Assembly: GCA_963789395.1 (NCBI GenBank)
Contig: CAWBKP010000017.1
Span: forward strand, 32,001 to 96,000
Length of the DNA: 64,000 nucleotides
Direction: 5' to 3'
DNA from: an uncultured delta proteobacterium
GTDB taxonomy: Bacteria > Desulfobacterota > Desulfobacteria > Desulfobacterales > Desulfatirhabdiaceae
Shown: piece by piece, positions 42,063-52,929 of the stretch
Numbering within the stretch: position 1 is the stretch's first letter
How the letters are laid out: every line of letters begins with the position of its first letter
The notes under the pieces: generated by a model
Database searches by the model: none
The model's input: the letters and a program-made list of their open reading frames with translations, nothing else
Told to the model about the DNA's origin: nothing
Program-made: the position numbers and the translations under genes

Positions 42063-43737
42063 TCAGAAAATCCCCCTGGGGCCTGTCCATCATCCGATCC
42101 AGAACCAGAAATCCCGCCGCCGTGATCAGCATGAGCAGGCAGCTCATGGCCATGGCCTGACCGTAATTGACGGTGCCGGGAGTTCCCAGAAACCGGTAGA
42201 TGGCAATGGGAAGGGTCGGCGTCTGGGGTCTGGCGATAAATGAGGTTGCGCCGAATTCTCCCATGCTGATGGTAAAGGCGAACACGGCAGCCGCCGCAAG
42301 TGCCCGGGAAACCAGGGGCAGATCCACGGATTTCCAGACTCCGAAAGGGGAGGCGCCAAGAATTGCCGCCGACTCTCCTAACTGCGCATGGATGCTGCGG
42401 AGTGCCGGCAGCAGGCAGCGTATGACAAAGGGAAAGGCTGTCAGCGTGTGGGCAATGGGTAAAAGAAGCCATGAACTTCTTAGATTCAAAGGCGGTTTGT
42501 CCAGTGAGATGATGAAGCCAAATCCCAGGGTTACCGCGGAAGTGGAAAGCGGCAGCATGAACAAAGGATCCAGAAATGCGGATAGTCTTGTTTTGGTTCT
42601 TGCCAGAAACATAGCCGCTGGAAACCCGATCCCCAGTGACAGGGTGAGGGTGCAGAGCGCTACGCCGATTGAATTTTTCAGGGCCTGTATCGGCGGCACA
42701 TAAAACAGGGACTGAGCGGAATCGATAAAGAGCAGTTGGTAATGGATCGGGGAAAAGCCGGTATCCGTGATTGCGGATTGCAGGATAAGGGCTGCCAGCG
42801 GTGACCCCTCAAAAACAATAATCCAACCTATACTGGCGCCTATGAGAACATAATGGGATATTCTTGAAGGGTTTCGAGCGGTTGACGGATATGCACTGGA
42901 TTCTGCGGTAACAGCTGTTTTGCGTTGCAGATTTGTATAAACCCACAGACAGGCAAAGGTAAACAGAATCTGTATTGCGGAGAGAGCGGCGGCCAGGGGA
43001 AGATGAAACAGGTTTACCGCCTGGCGGTAAATCTCGACTTCGACAGTGGCGAGCCGGGGACCTCCCAGAATCAGAATGACGCCGAAACTGCTGAAGCAGA
43101 ATACAAAAATCAGCATGGCGGATGAGAGCAAAACTGGCACCAGGAGCGGGAACGTAATCTGCCGGAAGGATTTCCAGGGGGAGGCGCCCAGTAGCTGTGC
43201 TGCATGAATCAGGGCCGGATTGAGGTGGCGTCCAAAGCCGGTAATCATTCGAAACGCGATTGAAAAATTGTAAAACACATGGGCGATCAGAATGAACCCC
43301 ACGCTGTGATTCAGGTTAACGGGAGGAGATGCCAGGTGAAACCCGTCCGCCAGCAAGGTGTTGATGACCCCCTGTGGACCCAGCAGAGACTGAAACGCCG
43401 CCCCTACCACAACTGTCGGCAGCACAAAGGGAACGGCAATCAGGGACTGAATCAGGCGTTTGCCCGGAAAATCAAACCGGATAAAAACCCAGGCGACAGG
43501 AAGTGCCGTAACCAGGGTCAGGATCGTGGAAAGCGCTGCCTGCCAGAAGGTGAACCAAAGGATTCTGGCATAATACCCGGAACGCATCAGCGGCGACAGG
43601 GCACTGAAATCCCATGTGCCTTCGGGTGCCAGACTCAATTTCAGGATGTTCAGAAGCGGATAAAAATAAAATACTCCCAGAAACAGCAGCGGAATTCCCG
43701 CCAGAATACAATGCGATGGGCGAATACGGGTTTTCAT
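42063..43737 (-). CDS. thiP: Thiamine ABC transporter permease (ThiP-like); native stop probably TGA ~42063 masked by an extra base
   Basis: Duplicated permease with EAA-like loops (AAQLLGASP, ESAAILGASP); between thiB and the ATPase. Confidence 0.85.
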
Positions 43738-43770
43738 ATAAGGCCCCATGATCGTTTCGATCACAACAGA

Positions 43771-44811
43771 TTACCGGAGCACCGCATCGGTCCAGGCGTC
43801 TATCCATTTTTCACGGCCGGCATCGATTTGTTGGGGAGATATTTGTACAGGACGACGGGTTGTTTGGGTGTTTCGGACAAACACATCCGGAAGCTTGGCA
43901 GTGGTGTTTGCCGGAAACACGAACATCTGAAGGGGAATATCTTCCTGAAAGGGTTTATCCAGCATAAAATCCACCAGCTTCTGCGCCAGTTCCAGGTGTT
44001 TTGTGCCTTTGAGAATCCCTACAAATTCGATCTGGCGAAAGCAGGTTCCATCCGAAGTCACAGCTGCCGTTGGAGACTGTGTAGTGGGTTGCTTGGAATA
44101 CCAGACTTCCGCTGCCGGGCTGCCGGCATAGCTGACAACAATCGGACGGTTTCCCTTGGATGATGCGCTGAAATTTCCCCAGTATGCCTGTTTCCATCCA
44201 TCCACGGCCAAAACATCATTGGCCTTAAGCTTTTTCCAGAACTCAAGATATCCGGTTTCCCCGAAATGCGCCACCGTGGTCAGCAAAAAAGCAAGTCCCG
44301 GAGAGGAAGTCGCCGGGTTTTCCACAACCGTAAGTCCCGAATATTCCGGCTTGATCAGATCTTCCAGGTGTTCCGGAGCCGGAATCCCTTTCCGGGAGAA
44401 CCAGTTCTTGTCGTAATTGAGGCAGACATCGCCGAAATCCACCGGCAGCAGCCGGTTTTCCGGATCCAGTTTCAAGGCGTCCGCAATGGCGCTCAGAAGG
44501 GGGGATGCGTAGGGGATAAAAATTCCCGAAGACAGTGCCCGGCTCATAAACGTGTTGTCAACCCCGAAAAAGACATCGGCCATGGGATTGGATCTGGACA
44601 AAATGGCCTGGTTCAGGACGGCACCGGCATCACCTGCCTTGATGAACCGGACCGAAACCCCATGGGTTGTTTCAAATTCAGCCATGAGGGGTTTGCTGAT
44701 GCTGAAGCTGTCATGCGTCATGACCGTCAGTTCAATGGCCTTATCCTGTGCCAGGCCGGCGGTGCCGGAAACGCAAAGAAGCAAAAGTATGGATCGCCAC
44801 AATGTTTTCAT
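43771..44811 (-). CDS. thiB: Thiamine ABC transporter substrate-binding protein
   Basis: Signal peptide, VMTHDSF, NPATSSPGLAFL, CFRQIEF; downstream of TPP riboswitch. Confidence 0.92.
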   Translation of the reverse strand: MKTLWRSILLLLCVSGTAGLAQDKAIELTVMTHDSFSISKPLMAEFETTHGVSVRFIKAGDAGAVLNQAILSRSNPMADVFFGVDNTFMSRALSSGIFIPYASPLLSAIADALKLDPENRLLPVDFGDVCLNYDKNWFSRKGIPAPEHLEDLIKPEYSGLTVVENPATSSPGLAFLLTTVAHFGETGYLEFWKKLKANDVLAVDGWKQAYWGNFSASSKGNRPIVVSYAGSPAAEVWYSKQPTTQSPTAAVTSDGTCFRQIEFVGILKGTKHLELAQKLVDFMLDKPFQEDIPLQMFVFPANTTAKLPDVFVRNTQTTRRPVQISPQQIDAGREKWIDAWTDAVLR

Positions 44812-44827
44812 GTTCTTTCCTTTAAAT

Positions 44828-44862
44828 AAAAAAAGCCATCTTCCGATAAAGGGAGATGGCTT
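44828..44862 (-). terminator. Intrinsic terminator (riboswitch expression platform)
   Basis: AAGCCATCTCCC-tttatc-GGAAGATGGC followed by T7 on the minus strand, just before the thiB RBS. Confidence 0.85.
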
Positions 44863-44872
44863 CTGGCCTGAG

Positions 44873-44970
44873 ATTTCCTCCACCGGCATTACCCGGATCA
44901 GGTTCAACGGTCGGACTCACTGCTTTTGGCAGAGCCCCTCTCAGCCTGGTTTGTCCAAGCTCCCGAAAAA
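44873..44970 (-). ncRNA. TPP riboswitch aptamer
   Basis: Minus strand GGGAGC...GGCTGAGA...GACCGTTGAACCTGATCCGGGTAATGCCGGTGGAGGA matches the THI-box consensus. Confidence 0.95.
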
Positions 44971-45036
44971 AATGCAGTCATTAAAAGTGGATGATTCCGA
45001 CTCTATGGGTTTGGCCGTGGATTGTCAAGCGGCATT

Positions 45037-47275
45037 TCAGATGCTTTCGATCCGGCAGGGCACAAACCGGTGGATGGGAGTGCCCAGCGGATCCCGGTGC
45101 GTGTTTTTTGTCAGCTGGTTGACATTGATGCCGTAAACGGAGTCGCCGTAGATCAAACCGAAACCATGGGGAATCAGAACCATTCCTGAACGGACCTGGG
45201 TGCTGACTTGCAGTTCGCCGACCGCGCTGCCGGCTTCCGTGACGACCCTGACCGGCTGGCCGTCCGTCAGCCCCAGTGAACCGGCATCATCCGGGCTGAT
45301 GGCAATGGTGCATGCCCGTTTCCCGTTGTTCCATTCCGGGTTTCGCATCAAGGTGTTCATGTTGGTGTCCATATGCCTTCCGGCATTCAACACAAATGGA
45401 AAATCAGGCGGCATTTTCAGGCCTTCCGCTTCGCTGACCGCATTCAGATTGTTGGCCTGTTCCGCCAGTTCGGGGATGAATACCTCGATTTTTCCGGATG
45501 GTGTGCGAATGGCCGACCAGTTGTCGGCGATTTCGGCTTTTCCGACCCACAGTCCCTGAGGGGTGTCCAGAAGGGCCTGAAATATCCTGTCTCCCTGATC
45601 CAGGCCGGTTTGAAAGCCGGCCCGGGCCGCGTTTTTGCGAAAGGTTTTCGGGGCGGTCATCAGCATTCCCCACGACGCGGCCAGTGCGGCGCTGTCCCAC
45701 ACGCGGCCCAGGGTTTTCGCCAGCACAAACGGCATCCGGCTTTGCACACCCGGTGTTTTACCGGCCCATTCCATTAAATGCATGCCAAAGGTGAGGCGGT
45801 CGCTTTCAGCGGCATTCTGAATATGATCCGGGATATCCGGTATCAGACCCAGCCGGTCCGCCAGCAATGTGAATATCTGTGAAGCTTCCAGACAATGCTG
45901 CGGCGGTTTGACCACAGGTCTTCGCAACTGAAAAAAAACATCCGGAAATGTCCAGGGGAAAAACGTGCCGTCCCATGATTCGTAGTACGATCGGCATGGC
46001 AGCACGTAATGGGCCTGCCGGGCGGTTTCGCTCATTACGATATCGTTCACCACCAGAAGATCCAGCCGCTCAAACGCCTTTTCAAATGCCTGGGTGTCGG
46101 CATAGGACCGAAGCGGGTTGCAGGCGCTGACCAGAACGGCCCGAAGGCGGTCCGGACGGTCGGTCAGGATTTCCTCGGGCATGACATTGGGGGGAAAGGA
46201 CCCTGCCGCAGCCGGCGGCATGGCGGTTTCAACCGTCCGCCAGGTTTCGGGACTGCGTTCATCCGCATGAAATCCCATGGGCATGACCATGCCGGGAATA
46301 ACGTTGCCGCCCCGAACGCAGAAAATGCCGCAGATGGCTCCCAGAATATTCATCAGATAAGAATTGAGCGTGCTGTGGCGTCCCATGTAAATCCCAAGAT
46401 CCGGATGCATGCACCATCGCTTTGTGGTCATCAGGCGACATACCTGGTGGACCAGGGAATACTCGAGCCGGCAAACGTCAAGGGCTGCGCGGCTGTCGAA
46501 ACCGGCGAACCAGGGCTTGATTCTTTCCCAGTCAGCCACGTTTCGCGTGATATAGTCGGATGCTTCCCATCCTTCATTGACGATGATGGCGATCATTGCC
46601 TTGGCCAGCAGGGCGTCGGTGCCGGGTCGCACCGCAAGGTGAATGTCGGCAATGGCGGCTGTTTCACTTTTTCTGGGATCGATCACCACAAGCAGCCGGT
46701 CCGGGTCTTTGCTGAAACCGGTGAGTGTTTTGCGGGCCTGAGGCATCTGATGGCTCATCATGCCGTTCCATCCCCATCCAACCAGCATTTCGGCGCTATG
46801 CTCATCCGGTATGGCGAAGTTGTACTGCCTGCCCAGCATGCGGCCCAATACCCACCAGATGCCGCTGAATTCCTGGCCGGCGGATGAATAGTAATACTGG
46901 GAGCCCATGGCCCGAAGCAGGCTGATGCCGAAAGAGGCTTCGAAATGGCCGCCCTGCGAGCTTCCACCCATGTATGCCAAAGATCGCGGGCCATGGTGAT
47001 CAACTATATCCCGCAGTTTTTCTGCGATTTCATCTATGGCCTGTTTCCAGCTGATTTCCTTGAATCCGCCGTCCATCCGCTTCAGCGGAACGGTCAGCCG
47101 GTCCTTGGGATACTGGTGATAGGCAATATTCAGTCCTTTCCGGCAGACATAGCCCTGACTCCGCGGGTTGTCTTTGTCAGGCCTGGACCCGGATGATCCT
47201 ATCCTCGTCAACCAATACTTCCAGACCACAGTTCTGGGCGCATAACACGCATCCGGTTTTATGCCAGGTTTCCAT
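45037..47275 (-). CDS. Molybdopterin (bis-MGD) oxidoreductase catalytic subunit; frameshift ~47185
   Basis: METWHKTGCVLCAQNCGL...GYVCRKG Fe-S motif, VIDPRKSETA, RPGTD, SETARQAHYVLP, C-terminal IPHGFG. Confidence 0.9.
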
Positions 47276-47311
47276 AACACCTCCTCAAAAAAAAGGTTCA
47301 GACCTAACAGG

Positions 47312-48383
47312 TCACGCTAAAAGTCCGCGTTCTTTTGCCATGGCCATCATTTGATCGGAGCCGGTCACCGGCGGAACCCGGAACTGATCCCCGACCTTTA
47401 GTTTAAGACTCAGTGCGCCGGAAGGACAGGTCGTCACGCACAGACCGCAGCCGATGCAGCGATCCGGATTGATGTCCGCTCGATCCTGATCATTCATGAC
47501 CAGGGCGTTCATCTGGCATCGATCGATGCACGTTTGACATCCCACGCACAATTCCGGATCCATCATGGCGACATAGTTTGAAAAAACGAGATCTGCCGGC
47601 CTGGGATGCTGATTGAGCGCCCGGAGCACGCCGCAGCAGTCCCCGCAGCAGTTGCACATGCCTCCCGGGTTCTGTGCCGTGGCCGGTTGGGTGACCAGGC
47701 CGGCCGCCTGGGCATCCGACAGGATTTGAATCGCCTCGTTGATGTCGATTCTACGGCCCATCTGGTTGTCCAGATAATACTGTGCCATGGCGCCGAACAT
47801 AAAACAGGTTTCAAGGGGCTTGTCGCATGACTGATCGATCAGTCCTTTTTGTTTCCGGCAGATGCAATCCGTGACAACAATCAGATTCATTTTCTTCAGG
47901 ATTTCTGTTGCATCGTCAAATGCCGCAACATTCCGGGATGCATCCAATGATTTATGAACCGGTATCGTTCGTAAAAACGTGCCGCGGGTCTTGTTGAAGG
48001 CATCCAAAAAACCGGCCTGGAAATATTCTTCCAGCAGCCGGGACAGGTTGCTGATCCAGCCTGGATACCTGAAATTCAAACAGACCATGGACAAACGGAA
48101 TGGCGGCATATCGCACGGAATCCCCTTTTTTCACCCGGAAAAGTAACCCCCGGCCGGCCATATCTTCAAGCTGCCTGCCAACATCCGGAAGGGGTCGGCC
48201 CATGCGCTCGGCTACCAATTCCGGCTTTTCCAGCCGGTGTGACAGAGAAAGAAACAGATTGGCTTCATCTTCTGTAAACAGTTCTTTCAAGATTTTAATC
48301 TCAATTCCGGTTGCTGTTTCCGGAAAACCGATAGAATAGGAATTCAGCCGTTCCTGCAGTTGTTTGAAAATGTTTGTGTTCAT
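47312..48383 (-). CDS. HTH + multi-Cys 4Fe-4S binding protein; frameshift ~48050
   Basis: CICR, MCNCCGDCC, two ferredoxin motifs; paralog of 21720-22778. Confidence 0.85.
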
Positions 48384-48460
48384 GTTACCTCTGAGAAATT
48401 GAAAGGTTTATGTGGAAGCCTTTTCTTCACATCAATGGCGGCACTTTGTTTGTGTGCTTA

Positions 48461-48478
48461 GTACTTGTATGCAAGCTA
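48461..48478. promoter_or_regulatory. Candidate MarR operator (palindrome) upstream of the Fe-S/Mo genes
   Basis: GTACTTGTATGCAAGCTA, 14/18 match to the palindrome TAGCTTGTATACAAGCTA. Confidence 0.55.
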
Positions 48479-48497
48479 ATTGTATAAATTTATAGAA

Positions 48498-48926
48498 CTA
48501 ACCCTCTCCGCGATGACTTCGGTAGAGTTTTTTCAAAAGAAGCCGCAAAATTACTTGTTCCTCTGATGTCAGGGGTTCTAAAAAATCCTGATTGGCTGTT
48601 TTTGCCAGCGTGATCAGGTGTTCTGTCAATTGTCTGCCTTGTGCGGTCAAACAGACGCTCAGGGCTCTGCGGTCCTCCGGATGCGTCTTTTTTTCAACCA
48701 GGCTGGCTTTTTCAAGCCGGTCCAGAATGCCGGTAAGGGTGGCGCTGTCCAGCATGACCCTTTCCCCGAGTTCACGGGATGTCACCTGGTCGTTTTCGTG
48801 GAGAAACCCCAGCACCATGCCTTGGGCAGCCGTTACGTTTGCGCCGGTCAGGCGGCTGGTCCAGAATTTTGCGGCAGCCTGGTTGGCTTTTGCGAGCTGA
48901 AAAAAAATGCATTGATCCGGTTTCAT
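48498..48926 (-). CDS. MarR family transcriptional regulator
   Basis: LDSATLTGILDRLE, HPEDRRA..V.LT..G; start MKPDQC after AGGA. Confidence 0.93.
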   Translation of the reverse strand: MKPDQCIFFQLAKANQAAAKFWTSRLTGANVTAAQGMVLGFLHENDQVTSRELGERVMLDSATLTGILDRLEKASLVEKKTHPEDRRALSVCLTAQGRQLTEHLITLAKTANQDFLEPLTSEEQVILRLLLKKLYRSHRGEG

Positions 48927-48952
48927 TTTAGTCCTATGTAGTGCCGTCATAT

Positions 48953-48970
48953 TAGCTTGTATACGATCAT
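48953..48970. promoter_or_regulatory. Candidate MarR operator upstream of marR
   Basis: TAGCTTGTATACGATCAT, 14/18 match to the same palindrome; just downstream of a minus-strand TTGACA (48990-48985). Confidence 0.5.
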
Positions 48971-49096
48971 TTATATTCAATAAATGTCAAGAAAAAAATG
49001 CTGTTTATTCAATGCTGTAATGAAAAAGGAAATGACAGTTTTGGTATGTTTTATGTATAGGAGGGCATTTTTCAATGTTACGGCTTGACGGTTCCC

Positions 49097-49126
49097 CTTG
49101 TTCCCAAGCTTTTGCGTGGGAACAAG
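49097..49126. repeat. REP-like palindrome, copy 3
   Basis: CTTGTTCCCAAGCTTTTGCGTGGGAACAAG, 12 nt after the ligase stop codon. Confidence 0.7.
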
Positions 49127-49138
49127 AGAAGAAAGATA

Positions 49139-50881
49139 TCAAGCTTCATTTCCCAGCGCTTCATCTCTGAGCACGCGCCGGAGAACCTTTCCTACCGGGG
49201 AGGTGGGCAGGGATTTCCCGGAATTCAATGGATCGGGGGCGTTTGTAGCCAGCCAGCTTGTCCTTGCAGAACTCCATGATTTCGGCCTCAGTTGCGGTTT
49301 CTCCGGGCAGAAGCTGGATAAATGCCTTGACCGATTCGCCGCTGCGGGGATCGGGTATGCCGACCACGGCCACGTTCTCAATCTTGGGATGGGTGAAGAG
49401 GACTTCCTCGACTTCCCGGGGATAGCAGTTAAACCCGCCGACCAGGATCAGATCCTTTTTCCGGTCCGTAATGGTGATGTAGCCTTCAGGGTCAATATGG
49501 CCGACATCGCCGGTCAGAAAAAACCGCTTTCCGTCGATTTCCCGGAAAACAGCCGAATTTTCAAGGGGTTTATTCCAGTAGCCGGCCATGACCTGAGGTC
49601 CGCTGATCGCAATTTCTCCATCCTCGCCCTGAGCCAGTTCCGTCAGACCTGTTTTGGAATCAACGATTTTGATATCGGTGTTGGGCATCGGGAAACCCGA
49701 CCGTGCCAAATTTGCGGTCCGTGGTGTTGCTGGGATTGCCGGAGGCGACCGGCGCTGTTTCGCTGAGGCCGTATCCCTCAAAAATAATGCATCCGGTCTT
49801 GGCCTCAAATTTCTTGGCAACCTCAACAGGGAGCGGTGCTCCGCCCGAACAGCAGCATTTAATGGAAGAGAGATCAAACTGATTCAGCAGCGGATGGTTG
49901 GTAAAGGCGACAAAAATCGTGGGAACGGCAATAACCATTGTGGTTTTATATTTCTGGACGGCCTTCAGCACCTCGGTGAAGGGAGGGTTTCCGGCCCGCG
50001 GATCCGGAATGCAGACCAGACTGCCGGCGCAGGCGCTGGCGCCTAGCAGGCATAGTGTCAGGCCAAAACTGTGGTACCAGGGCAACACGCCGAGGTAACA
50101 GTGAAATCCGCCGTAGCGGAGCTTTTCAGGCGGGCCGCCGGGTTCGTGGGGAAACCGTGCCCATTCTGAGATGGCCATGCAATCAAAAACAAAATTGGCA
50201 TGAGTCAGGGCAGCGCCTTTGGGAACGCCGGTTGTGCCGCCCGTATAGATGATCAATGCCAGATCCTTAGAGGGATCGATTTCGACGCTGGGCGCTTGTA
50301 GGAGATGCCGAAGCCACGACGTCATCAAAAAAAAGATGGCCTGCGACATACTGGCCCGCCTTTGGGATCTTTCCCAGAAGCGCTCCCAGAAAACCCTTGA
50401 TCGGCGGAAGATAGGATTTGACGTTGCAGATGACAACCGTTTCAACATCGGTTCCTTCGATGGCCTTGACCGCCGTTGGGTAAAACTGCGGATGATCCAT
50501 GACAAACACCATCTTGGCGCCGGCATCCTTGAGCTGGTAGTTCAACTCGCTGGCCGTATAGACGGGGTTGCAGGTCACGCAGACGGCTCCGGCCTTCAGT
50601 ATTCCGAAAAAAATCGCCGGATAATGGGGAAGATTGGGCAGGAAAATTGCCACCCGGTCCCCTTTTTTAATGCCTCTGGACGCGATAAAACTGGCCAGTC
50701 GGTCCGCCGTATCCTTGACCTGGGAATAGGTGCGCTTTCCATCGCTGAATATCGTGTAGGTCTGGTTGGGATAATCGCGGGCAGCATCATCCAGAAAGGA
50801 AAACAGCGGCTTTTCAAAACCGGAAATCTCGCGAGAAACGTCTTTGGGCCATCGGGTCGTGGGCCAGGGGGGTAGTGCCAT
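49139..50881 (-). CDS. Long-chain fatty acid--CoA ligase (three apparent frameshifts: ~50290, ~49690, ~49215)
   Basis: YTGGTTGVPKG, EGYGLSE, TGDVG, DRKKD, VGKVLRR across four joined frames. Confidence 0.9.
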
Positions 50882-50916
50882 GGGGTCAGCCTCCTGTTTG
50901 CGTTATGAAGAGATGG

Positions 50917-51711
50917 TTAGGGGTCCAGCAATTTCTGAAAAAAGGTTTTCTCAGGTAGCGAAGTCTGCAAATCCGGGTCAAAAATATATCCGATAGATCT
51001 TAAACTTTTGAAATAAAGCGGTTTCCGAGGATTTTCCTCGAAATATTTTCGAAGACGAACAATAAAATTATCAACGGTTCGCGTGGTGGTTTCCCGTGTA
51101 TAGCCCCACCCGATTTCCAGAAGCCTGTCCCGGGAAAGGGGCTTACCCTTATTAGCGATAAACAGTTTGAGGAGCTTTATCTCCTGTTCGGTAAGATGAA
51201 AGGTTCCTTTGGGAGTGGTGGCAGAGGCGGTTTCAAAGTCAATCCGGTTATTGCCAAACTCGTAAACGCTGGGAAAAGATGAAAAAGCGGATGCCGATTC
51301 AACAGACTGCTGCTGGCTCCAGGAGGAGCGGGTCAGCAGCCGTTCGATTCTGAGCAGGAATTCATCCAGATCAAAAGGCTTGCTCAGATAGTCATCCACG
51401 CCGAATGCCAGTCCTTTGACCTTATCTTCGGATGCTGACTTGGCTGACAGGATCAGGATAGGTAATTGTTCATCCACAAGTCGAATGTTCTGCAGCACGG
51501 ATAGCCCGTCGATGCCAGGCAGCATGATATCCAGCACAATCAGGCTTGGCCGCCACTCCTTCCATTGCTGAAGTCCGGCAAATCCGTTGGCGGCGATTCG
51601 GACGGAATATCCCTGGAGCGAAAGATTGAGTTTTAACCCTTCAGAGATGTGCTCATCATCTTCGATGACCAGAATGCGATATTTTCCGGTTGATTCCATA
51701 TGTTGACCCAT
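50917..51711 (-). CDS. OmpR-family response regulator
   Basis: IEDD, LDIMLP, DDYLSKPF, RTVDNFIVRLRK; start may be 51699. Confidence 0.95.
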   Translation of the reverse strand: MGQHMESTGKYRILVIEDDEHISEGLKLNLSLQGYSVRIAANGFAGLQQWKEWRPSLIVLDIMLPGIDGLSVLQNIRLVDEQLPILILSAKSASEDKVKGLAFGVDDYLSKPFDLDEFLLRIERLLTRSSWSQQQSVESASAFSSFPSVYEFGNNRIDFETASATTPKGTFHLTEQEIKLLKLFIANKGKPLSRDRLLEIGWGYTRETTTRTVDNFIVRLRKYFEENPRKPLYFKSLRSIGYIFDPDLQTSLPEKTFFQKLLDP

Positions 51712-51726
51712 GTTTGGAAAATAAGT

Positions 51727-52686
51727 TCAAGAAGAGGCTTTATACGGCAGAATTACCGTAAAAACCGATCCTTTTCCAATCCCCTGGCTTTTTGCGATGA
51801 TTTTCCCTTTGTGAATCCGGACGATGGTATCCACGAGATACAGTCCAAGGCCACTTCCCTTGGCAGTCATGTCATCGGCCTTTCCCACCTGGTAGAATTT
51901 GCGAAATATTTTTCTGATTTCCGATTTTTCCAAACCGATGCCGTTGTCGGCAAAAAGCAGGTACAGTCTATTCGATCGATGTTCAATCGTGATGTCAATT
52001 TCAGGTATATCAGACGTATTGTATTTTATGCCGTTGGTCAAGAGATTCATCAGAAGCATTTCAAACAATGAAGGATTAAGCCGGTAATTATATGACTTGC
52101 CAGGGGGGTGATGGAACTGAATCCGGCTTTTTCGGAACTGGTCCGCGTGATTGAGCAGAAAACGCTCAATTTCCGTTACGATGTCCAGGGTCAGAAACTC
52201 CCCGCCATAGCTCCGGCTTTCTATTTTGGCGATATTCAGAATGCGGTTGATGGTGTTCGACAAACGGGCCACATCCTGGGTCATGTATCGGATGTATTTG
52301 ATCTGATCTTCGTTGTAGAGTTGATATTTTAATGCCGTATCCAGATACAATCTTAATGATGTCACCGGCGTTTTCAGTTCATGGGTAAAATTATTGATGA
52401 AATTCTGCTGAAGCCGGTAGAGCTGATAAATTTTTTGCTGATAGACAAAGATGATGAGGATCCCGATTAAAATGATGCCGACCAGAAGCGAAAGGACAAG
52501 GATCACGATCCAGGTGCGGGATTCCAGAACCTGCCCCCGATCCAGTTCGAACCGCAGCAGCATATCCGAAAGAACCGTATTCACTTCCATATACCAGTAG
52601 ATGTAAAGAAAAAGGGATACACCCAGAGCTACGGTGGAAAGAATGAAAATGAATATGGGGTGAAGATACCACCTGGATTGCGACAT
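51727..52686 (-). CDS. Small membrane sensor histidine kinase
   Basis: 2 TM with short loop, THELKTP, NGIKY, DNGIG, GSGLGL. Confidence 0.93.
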   Translation of the reverse strand: MSQSRWYLHPIFIFILSTVALGVSLFLYIYWYMEVNTVLSDMLLRFELDRGQVLESRTWIVILVLSLLVGIILIGILIIFVYQQKIYQLYRLQQNFINNFTHELKTPVTSLRLYLDTALKYQLYNEDQIKYIRYMTQDVARLSNTINRILNIAKIESRSYGGEFLTLDIVTEIERFLLNHADQFRKSRIQFHHPPGKSYNYRLNPSLFEMLLMNLLTNGIKYNTSDIPEIDITIEHRSNRLYLLFADNGIGLEKSEIRKIFRKFYQVGKADDMTAKGSGLGLYLVDTIVRIHKGKIIAKSQGIGKGSVFTVILPYKASS

Positions 52687-52929
52687 GATTTTAACAGACT
52701 GGAATGTTGTGGTTATTTTTGGATTTAAACCTACCTATAATAGCCTGTTGTTGATGTCAACTTGCATTTCAGACGCACGCATGCAGCGGATTTTGTAAAA
52801 TTTTTGTAACCTGTCATATTCATTCTGTTATTTCAGTTCACGAATCAATACAATAAGAAACTATGAAATGAGCTGATTTGAGAGGGTCGTCAACGATAAC
52901 CATGGACAGCTTGTCGAAAGGAATCCGAT

